A stretch of DNA of 64,000 nucleotides from an uncultured Chloroflexia bacterium (lineage in GTDB: Bacteria > Chloroflexota > Limnocylindria > QHBO01): assembly GCA_963777045.1 (NCBI GenBank), contig CAVZPD010000028.1, positions 25,183-89,182 of the forward strand. The letters are read 5' to 3'. The notes below the pieces were generated by a model that had not been told where the DNA came from, ran no database searches, and worked only from the letters and a program-made list of their open reading frames with translations. Positions 52,587 to 60,300 of this stretch are shown here, piece by piece. The position numbers were made by a program, and so were the translations under genes. Each line of letters starts with the position of its first letter. Position 1 is the stretch's first letter.

Positions 52587-54205
52587 CGGTAGCCCAGGTC
52601 GGAGAACTCCCACATCCGCTGCAGGACGTAGCTGCCGTCGCCCTCCGGATCGGTCATGCCGGCCCGCGAATTCAACAGCATGACGTAGGGGTGGAAGCGG
52701 ACGTTCACGAGCGTCGTACCCATGAATGTCATGTCCATGATCACGCCTTCCTGCACGTCCTGCCGGTAGTTCTGGCCGTACACGTAGTTGCCCGGACCGG
52801 CCTGCACCAGGCGCACGCCGTCATCGGTCTGTCGCAGGAAGAGGCCTCCGGTGACGTGGAGCCCGCCACCCACGATCTGGTCGCAGCCCGCCGCATCCAT
52901 CCAGGTCACGGCTTCCTGCTGCGAGGCCCAAAGGTCGCCGTGGTACTCGTCGCCGCCCCACCACTGCGGGTCGCACACGATCACGTCCGCGCCGCCGTCC
53001 TGCGCCTTCCGCACCGCAGCATCGACGTTCTCCTGGTTGAGCCACGCGACGCCCGGGGTGCCGGGGGCCGCGTGTACGGGGCCGAGCACCTCGTTCCACG
53101 AGACGAAGGCGACCTTCAGGCCTGCCGCCTCAACGTACGCCGGCTCGAGCGCCGCCTCCAGATCAGCCCCGATCCCGGTGTGCGGCATCCCGTGGGCGTC
53201 GAGGATGTCGACTGTCGACAGGATGCCCGCGCTGCCGCGGTCGCTCTGGTGGTCGGCGGCGAGGAAGACCGCGTCGATGCCGAGCTGGTCCTGCCAGTGC
53301 GGCACCACCGCTTCGGGCACGGAGAGGCTGGGTGGACCATTGAGGTTCGGCTGCCACTGGGCCGTCGGCAGGATGGGGCACTTGTGATCCGCCAGCGCGA
53401 CGTCCGCGCGCCGCGTGATCGAGGCGGTGAGCCCCTCGTTCCCGGTCTCGACCGGCCCCACCACCAGCATCGAATCGATGCCCGGCGGCGGGTTCGGGTT
53501 GAAGTAGGGCGGGCCGTTGTACTGCATCGTGCCGCCGCCGAAGACCCAGTCCCAGCCCTTGCCGAGCACGACCGCCTGGTACGCGGCGCCGCGATCGGAG
53601 CAGAGGCTGCCGATCGAGGTCAGGTTCCAGACCTTCGAAGCGTCGTGGGCCACCCACTCCGGTTGGAGCTGCGACGGATCGCTGGCACTGCCGCTGATCG
53701 GGTACGGCTGCGCACGCGACTCGGGGTCACCGAAGAGGTCCGGCCCGAACATGCCGTAAGGGCCGTCGCCGGTGATGGAGAGGACCTTCGTGGCGGGTTC
53801 CACGAGCCCGGCGGGCAGCAACGCAACCGCTTCCTGGTTGTCCTGGATGAAGGGCGCGATCTCGTCGGCGGCTCGGCAGGCCGGCTCGGTCGACTGCAGC
53901 TGCGGCGGATCGACCTGCACGCCGCAGGGCATCCAGAGCTCCCCGGCGGCCGCGAGGTCCGCCAGCTCGTCGAGGCCGATGTTGGCCGTCAGGTTGGTGA
54001 GGCCGGTGACGACCGCCAGCGGGAAGGGCGAAGGGATCGCAGGCGTCGGAGACGGCGCCTCGGTTGGTGAAGGCGCAGGCGATCCGGTGGCGGCGGGCGT
54101 GTCCGCGGCCGTCGGGACGGTCGTCGGTATGGCCTCGCCGCAGCCGGCGAGGAGTGCCAGGGCCACGACGGCAGCGGCGAGTCGGAATCGCATTCGGTGG
54201 TTCAC
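52583..54205 (-). CDS. CapA (PGA_cap) family lipoprotein, paralog 2
   Basis: Lipobox LALLAGC. It shares a domain order with paralog 1: PLAVVTGLTNL ... ADHQSDRG ... WWGGDEYH ... PEGDGSYVLQRMWEF. Confidence 0.8.
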   Translation of the reverse strand: MNHRMRFRLAAAVVALALLAGCGEAIPTTVPTAADTPAATGSPAPSPTEAPSPTPAIPSPFPLAVVTGLTNLTANIGLDELADLAAAGELWMPCGVQVDPPQLQSTEPACRAADEIAPFIQDNQEAVALLPAGLVEPATKVLSITGDGPYGMFGPDLFGDPESRAQPYPISGSASDPSQLQPEWVAHDASKVWNLTSIGSLCSDRGAAYQAVVLGKGWDWVFGGGTMQYNGPPYFNPNPPPGIDSMLVVGPVETGNEGLTASITRRADVALADHKCPILPTAQWQPNLNGPPSLSVPEAVVPHWQDQLGIDAVFLAADHQSDRGSAGILSTVDILDAHGMPHTGIGADLEAALEPAYVEAAGLKVAFVSWNEVLGPVHAAPGTPGVAWLNQENVDAAVRKAQDGGADVIVCDPQWWGGDEYHGDLWASQQEAVTWMDAAGCDQIVGGGLHVTGGLFLRQTDDGVRLVQAGPGNYVYGQNYRQDVQEGVIMDMTFMGTTLVNVRFHPYVMLLNSRAGMTDPEGDGSYVLQRMWEFSDLGYR

Positions 54206-54234
54206 GCGCGCTATCGTAGGGGCTCATTCCGCCC

Positions 54235-55230
54235 GTGGTTCTCTGCCCGATGCACACGCGCCTCCCGATCGTCGCTGTCGCCGCCGTCGCCCTGCTGCTC
54301 GGCATCGTCGGCCCGCTCCCGCGACAGGCGCGCGCGATCGGACCGCTCCCCGAGTGCCGGCTCGACGACGTCATGACCGTGCCGCGCGGCTACGACGACT
54401 GGAACCACACGCTGGTGGACTGGATACTGCGTGTCGAGGAGGACTACGTCCCGCCCGACCTCGTCCCCGTCAGCGAGGCGGGCATTGCCGGTCCGGGCCT
54501 GATCCGCGAGGTGGCGATCGACGATCTCAGGGCCATGGCCGAGGCGGCGGCCGCGTACGGCACGCCGATCGAGGTCAACAGCCCGTACCGCAGCTACCAG
54601 GACCAGGTTGCGTCGTTCAACGGCTGGGTCGCCGTGGACGGCTACGACGATGCGAGCACGTACTCGATGCGCCCCGGACACTCGGAGCACCAGCTCGGGC
54701 TGACGATCGATTTCCAGGCCCTGGGCGGCCCGAGCGCGCTGCAGGGCGACTGGTACACCACGCCCACGGGGCGCTGGATGTACGACAACAGCTGGCAGTA
54801 CGGCTGGGTGCTGAGCTACCCGCTCGGCGAGGGTGGCGCGATCTTCTCGCAGGCCACGTGCTTCCACTACGAGCCGTGGCACTACCGCTACCTCGGGCGC
54901 GAGGTGGCGAAAGCGGTCCATGACTCGGGGCTCACCATTCGCGAGTACCTGTGGGCGAACTACACGCAGCTGGACACCAACCTCCAACCTGTCGCGACCG
55001 CCACGCCGTCGCCCACGCCATCGCCCACGCCGACGCCGACGCCGTCACCGTCGCCCACGCCATCGCCCACGCCGACGCCGACACCCGTTGCGACCAGCTC
55101 ACCCGACGTATCGTCGGGTGGCGAGCTGTTCGGCGTCGCGCCGGCCGCCATGTTGGCCGCCGGCGCCGGACTCGTGGTCCTGCTCGCCTTGGTCGGCGTC
55201 GCGCTGCGGCGGCGCCCGTCCGCCCCGTAG
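54235..55230 (+). CDS. M15B (VanY-type) D-alanyl-D-alanine carboxypeptidase with Pro/Thr/Ser linker and C-terminal TM anchor
   Basis: SPYRSYQDQ, RPGHSEHQLGLTIDF and EPWHYRYLG, then a PSPTPSPTPTPTP linker, then AAMLAAGAGLVVLLALVGVAL. Confidence 0.85.
   Translation: MVLCPMHTRLPIVAVAAVALLLGIVGPLPRQARAIGPLPECRLDDVMTVPRGYDDWNHTLVDWILRVEEDYVPPDLVPVSEAGIAGPGLIREVAIDDLRAMAEAAAAYGTPIEVNSPYRSYQDQVASFNGWVAVDGYDDASTYSMRPGHSEHQLGLTIDFQALGGPSALQGDWYTTPTGRWMYDNSWQYGWVLSYPLGEGGAIFSQATCFHYEPWHYRYLGREVAKAVHDSGLTIREYLWANYTQLDTNLQPVATATPSPTPSPTPTPTPSPSPTPSPTPTPTPVATSSPDVSSGGELFGVAPAAMLAAGAGLVVLLALVGVALRRRPSAP
55006..55082 (+). repeat. perfect 35-nt direct repeat, 42 nt apart, inside the Pro/Thr linker coding region
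   Basis: 55006-55040 equals 55048-55082 (CCGTCGCCCACGCCATCGCCCACGCCGACGCCGAC). Confidence 0.85.
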
Positions 55231-55244
55231 CGAAGCGACCGGCG

Positions 55245-56324
55245 TCAGCCGGGGGTGGCAACCGGGAGGCGGAACCAGATCTCGGTGCGGCCGCCGCCGG
55301 AGCGCGCCCCCACCTGCCCGCCGTGCGCCTCCACGATCTGGCGCACGATCGCCAGGCCGATGCCGGCACCACCGCTCTCGCGGGTCCGCGACGGGTCGAC
55401 GCGGTAGAGGCGCTCCCAGATGTAGGGCAGCTCGTCCGGCGGGATCTCCCCGCCGGTGTTCTCGATGGCGCAGCGGACCCAGCCGTCGTCGGAACCTAGC
55501 CGCACGATGATCTGGCCCCCGTCGTTCGTGTAGCGCGCCGCGTTCTGGACGAGGTTGGTCACGACCTGGCCGATGGCGTCAGGTTCGCCAAGGAGGACCG
55601 GCAGCGCCTCGTCGTCCTCGATCCGCACGTCGATACGGCGGCTGGCGAGGTCCGGCGAGTAGATCTGGACCGCGCGCTGGACGATGGCCTCGAGGTGCAC
55701 CTCGGCGCGGGCGTGCGCCAACGCGCCCTCCGCCGACTCGCCGCGGGCGAGGCGGTCGAGCGCCTCGACCAGCCGGGTCAACCGCACGATCTCTTCGTGA
55801 ACCGATCGGAGCATCTCGGGCGTGGGCTCGACAACCCCATCGGTCATTGCCTCCAGGTAGCCCTGCAGGGAGGTGAGGGGCGTCCGCAGCTCGTGCGCGA
55901 CATCCTCCACCAGTGTCCGCCGCAGCTCCTCGACCCGCTGCAGCGTGGCGGCCATCTGGTTGAACGCATCGGCGAGGCTCTGGATCTCCGGGTCGGGGGC
56001 CTTCGGGACCCGGGCTGCGAGGTCGCCGGCCGCGATCGCCCTGGTCGCACCGGTGAGGCGTTCGAGGGGAAGCAGGATCCGGCGCAGGAGCCACCAGGCC
56101 GCGAGGCCGCCGAGGCCCAGGCCGACGCCCGCACCGATCAGCAGGACGCGGCCGATGTACTGGTCGAACATCGCCTGCGCGGCATCCTCGGACGAGCCGG
56201 CGGCCATGGCCAGGTGCATGATCTGCTCCGAGCTGAACTGCTGGACCGCCACGAACATCACGCCCGCCACCGCCAGGCTGAGCAGCAGGAAGGTGACGAT
56301 CAGGCGGAAGCGCAGCGTCGGCAT
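55245..56324 (-). CDS. sensor histidine kinase (two TM helices, HAMP, HisKA, HATPase_c)
   Basis: HAMP segment LPLERLTGATRAIAAGDL. H-box is VAHELRTPLTSLQGY, N-box is NLVQNAARY, and the G-box is GGAGIGLAIV. Confidence 0.88.
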   Translation of the reverse strand: MPTLRFRLIVTFLLLSLAVAGVMFVAVQQFSSEQIMHLAMAAGSSEDAAQAMFDQYIGRVLLIGAGVGLGLGGLAAWWLLRRILLPLERLTGATRAIAAGDLAARVPKAPDPEIQSLADAFNQMAATLQRVEELRRTLVEDVAHELRTPLTSLQGYLEAMTDGVVEPTPEMLRSVHEEIVRLTRLVEALDRLARGESAEGALAHARAEVHLEAIVQRAVQIYSPDLASRRIDVRIEDDEALPVLLGEPDAIGQVVTNLVQNAARYTNDGGQIIVRLGSDDGWVRCAIENTGGEIPPDELPYIWERLYRVDPSRTRESGGAGIGLAIVRQIVEAHGGQVGARSGGGRTEIWFRLPVATPG

Positions 56325-56327
56325 CGG

Positions 56328-57050
56328 TCAGGCAGGGGCGAGGGGAGTCGCCTCCCGCTGCTCCACCCCGGCGACGAACTTGTAGCCGACCGTTCGAACC
56401 GTCGCGATGAAGCGCGGGCGGGCAGGGTCGTCACCCAGCTTGCGCCGTAGCCGTCCAAGGTGGACGTCAATCGTACGGTCGATGATGCCGGGGTCATCGT
56501 GGCCGTGGACGGCGTCGATCAGCTCGTCGCGGCTGAAGACGCGGCCGGGTCGCCGCATGAGGCCGCGGAGGATGCGGAACTCGAACGGCGTGAGGTCGAG
56601 GCTTCGTCCGTCGAGCTGCGCCTCCACTGCGTTCGGATCCACGGTCAGCGGCCCTGCCACCAGGATCGGCTCCTCCTGCTCGGCCTCCAGTCGCCGCCGG
56701 CGCAGCAGCGCGCGAACGCGCGCCATCAGCTCGCGCGGGCTGAACGGCTTGACGACGTAGTCATCCGCACCCATGTCCAGCCCGATCACCTTGTCGCCCT
56801 CGCCGCTGCGTGCCGTCAGCAGCAGGATCGGCACGTCGGACTGGTCACGGATGCGGCGGCAGACCTCGAACCCATCCAGGCCGGGGAGCATCACATCCAG
56901 CACCACGAGGTCGGGACGGGACCGCAGCGCCCCCTCCAGGGCCGCCTCGCCGTCGGCCGCGAAGAGGGCGCGATGACCCTCCCGCTCGACGTAGAGGCGC
57001 AGCAGGTCGCGGATCTTCGGGTCGTCGTCGACGAGGAGGACGGTGGCCAT
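56328..57050 (-). CDS. OmpR/PhoB family response regulator
   Basis: MATVLLVDDDPKIRDLL ... VVLDVMLPGLDG ... KPF, with a winged-helix C-terminus ending RTVGYKF. The 120 upstream codons of the track ORF are rejected. Confidence 0.9.
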   Translation of the reverse strand: MATVLLVDDDPKIRDLLRLYVEREGHRALFAADGEAALEGALRSRPDLVVLDVMLPGLDGFEVCRRIRDQSDVPILLLTARSGEGDKVIGLDMGADDYVVKPFSPRELMARVRALLRRRRLEAEQEEPILVAGPLTVDPNAVEAQLDGRSLDLTPFEFRILRGLMRRPGRVFSRDELIDAVHGHDDPGIIDRTIDVHLGRLRRKLGDDPARPRFIATVRTVGYKFVAGVEQREATPLAPA

Positions 57051-57053
57051 GCT

Positions 57054-57070
57054 GCGGACAGTATGTCCGC
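57054..57070. promoter_or_regulatory. 7-3-7 palindrome GCGGACA-GTA-TGTCCGC next to the response regulator start
   Basis: Seen directly, 4 nt upstream of the regulator ATG, in the divergent region shared with the giant surface protein gene. Confidence 0.35.
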
Positions 57071-57183
57071 ATCGTGACGCACGGATGAAGGCCGGAATCG
57101 AGGCGCGCCGCAGAGCGGCGCCGCCGGAACGACAGCTTTTGGCCCGGATGTTGCTCGCCACGGCGGCTTCAACAGCACGAAAT

Positions 57184-57209
57184 CTGTCGTAGGCCTTTAC
57201 GACCTGTCG
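57184..57209. promoter_or_regulatory. direct repeat CTGTCG-N14-CTGTCG with embedded GTCGTA/TACGAC inverted repeat
   Basis: 57184-57189 and 57204-57209 give a 20-nt periodicity. This is a candidate OmpR-type binding site in the divergent intergenic region. Confidence 0.3.
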
Positions 57210-57336
57210 GCGGGGCGGACCGGCCAGGGGGTGGGGCGCAGCATCGAGGCCCCTGGTCCGCCTCCTCGAGCGCTCTCTGTCACGTGCGGGGGGTCGCCAC
57301 GCCGTGCCCGGGCCGCGACCACTTAGGGAGGACGCA

Positions 57337-60300
57337 ATGCCACGAGCCACCATCGCCAGGTCTGCAGCGATTTTCGTCGCGATCAGCCTGGCCGTCATGG
57401 GTACCTTCACGCTCCGGCCGCAGCCGGTCTACGCGAACCACTTCACCGATATCTCGGACTCACCATTCGTCAACGACATCCTTTGGCTCGAGGACCAGGA
57501 CATCACGGCCGGCTGCTCACCGACCGAATTCTGCCCGGACGGCCACGTTACACGCGGCCAGATGGCGGCCTTCCTGAGCCGAGCCCTGGGCCTCACCGTC
57601 CGCGCGGACGATCCGTTCACCGATGACGACACCTCGATCTTCGAGGGCGACATCGAGCGGATCTATGCGGCCGGCATCACGGCCGGCTGCGGGGACCACG
57701 TCTACTGCCCGACGCGGGACATCACGCGAGCCGAGATGGCTGCCTATCTCGACCGCGCCTTCGACCTGCCCGCGGGCTCCGGAAACCACTTCACCGATGA
57801 CAACACGTCGCCCTTCGAGGGAAACATCGAGGCCCTCTACGCCAGCGGTATCACCGCGGGCTGCTCGCCGACGCAGTTCTGCCCCACGCGGCCCATCACG
57901 CGAGCCGAGATGGCCGCGTTCCTCCACCGCGCCGCGCCGTACTTCACCGGCGAGCCGACCAACCACGCGCCTGTCCTCGACAACATCCCCGACCAGACGA
58001 GCGAGGAGGGGGAGTCCGTCTCCCTCGCGGTCTCTGCATCTGACGCGGATGCCGATTCGCTCTCCTACAGCGCCAGTGGCCTGCCGGCCGGGCTGTCGAT
58101 TGATGCCGGTACCGGCCTCATCAGCGGGACGGTCGACACCGGTGCCTCCTCGGGCAGCCCGTACAGCGTCGAGGTGACAGTCAGCGACGGTGACCTGTCC
58201 GACAGCACGACCTTCAGCTGGACCGTGACCTCTCCGCCGTCGTCCAACGCGTCGGCACATGTCGAGATCACGCCGACGGGCGGGATCGACGCCAGCACCT
58301 ACAGCGCCGACGGCTTCCAGATCACCAACACCTCGGATGCCGGCGTCATGATCGAGAGCATCAGCTTCGACCTCTCGACGGCGATGCTGCCGGATATCGT
58401 CTTCGATCCGAACGGGACGGCGGGCGACGCCACCGGCAAGTGCCTCACCCCCGACTCGGGCAGCGCGGAGACGGGTTTCCAGACCCCAACCGATCCCTGC
58501 ACGGACCCGTACAGCTCTCCACACGACGGTGACTCCGCTGACGGCTACGACGTCATCACCCTGACCTTCACCGACTTCGCACCCGGTGAGACCTTCACCT
58601 TCTCGACCGACGTCGACCCCACGTCGATCAAGGGAGCCTCGACGACCGGCGGCTCCGGGTCGGTCGGCGGCGTGGAGCTGACGGGCTCGAACGTTTCGAC
58701 CACCTTCAGCGACGGGACCATCGCCACCGACGTGTGGCACATCCCCTCCTCGGACAGCGGCTCCCAGGCGACGCTGGTTGCCGGGCTCCCCGCAGCACCG
58801 CAGCTGGACGTCTCCGGCGTCACGCTCGAATCGACCACGCTCTCTGACGCGCATACGGCGGCCACCGTGGAAGCCGGAACGCAGACCGTCCTCGTGACCG
58901 GGACCCCGAACGCCGACGTGTCGGTGCTGGTCCTGGACGTCGTCCTTTCGGCCACGCCCGGCTACGACCTCGAGACCTACGAGGCCAACAACGTCGAGGC
59001 GATCGACAGCTACGAAGTCGCCCTCGACGGTTCCGGCAGCGGCAGCGTGGCTGTCACCCTGGCCGAGGGGCTCAACTACATCGCCGCCGCGGAGCTCTCC
59101 TCGGCGGGCGACGCTGGCGACATGTCGAACGTCGTCGTGCTGGACTACCAGCCGGGTGGTGGGACCAGCGGCGTGATTTACCGCATCAACGCGGGTGGCC
59201 CGCTGCTGAGCGACACGGCCGGCGACTGGTTGGAGGACCAGGCTGCAGCTTCGGCGGACGCCGGCGGGACGGCGGTGGCGGGCACGCCATCGCAGTACGT
59301 GAACGATGGAACGGCGGGCGACAAGACGTACGGGCAGGACGTGGCCATTTCCATGGACGCATCGGTCCCCGCCGGTACTCCCGAGGCCCTCTTCCAGCGA
59401 GAGCGGTACGATCCGCCAGCCGGCGACGAGATGCAGTGGTCGTTCCCGGTCGACCCGGGCAGCTACGAGGTCCGCCTCTACTTCGCGGAGCTCTACAGCG
59501 GAGCGATGTCGGAGGGGGCGCGCGTCTTCGACGTCTCCATCGAGGGCAACCTGGTCCTCGACAACTACGACATCTATGCCGCCGTGGGCGGTGAGACGGG
59601 GGTGATGAAGTCGTTCATCGTCACCTCTGACGACACCCTGACGATCACCTTTGGCCACGACACCGAGAACCCGGCCATCAAGGGCATCGAGATCCTCGCC
59701 ACCGACGTGGCGGGGATCCTGTCCGCTTCGCCGTCGAGTGTCGATTTCGGCAATGTCGAGGTCGGCACGACGGCCGGCCAAACCGTCACGTTGACGAATC
59801 TCGGCACGACTGGCGACCCCACCATCACCATCAGCGACGTCTCGGCGGGGGGCGACTTCTCCGCCTCCCTGGCCGGGAGCGATACCCTGGCGCCGGGCGG
59901 CACGACCACGGTCGACGTCTCCTTCACACCGGGCAGCTCCGGCAGCCATGCCGACCAGCTGACCGTAACGCACTCGGGCTCCAACAGCCCGCTCAGCGTG
60001 GCGCTCAGCGGCGACGCCTACGAGCCCGGCTCCGCGCCGGTCTCCTTCAATCCGCAGGAGCTGTCGGGCACCGACCTGGGCAACCCGACCTCGCTGCAGT
60101 TCGGGCCGGACGATCGGCTCTACGTCTCCCAGCAGAACGGACTTATCAAGGCCTACACCATCATCCGCAACGGGACAGCTGACTACTCGATCACCGATAC
60201 CGAGACGATCGACCTCATCAACAACATCACCAACCACAACGACGACGGAACGGTGGCGACCGGCGTGAACGGCCGGCAGGTGACGGGGCTGCTCGTGGCG

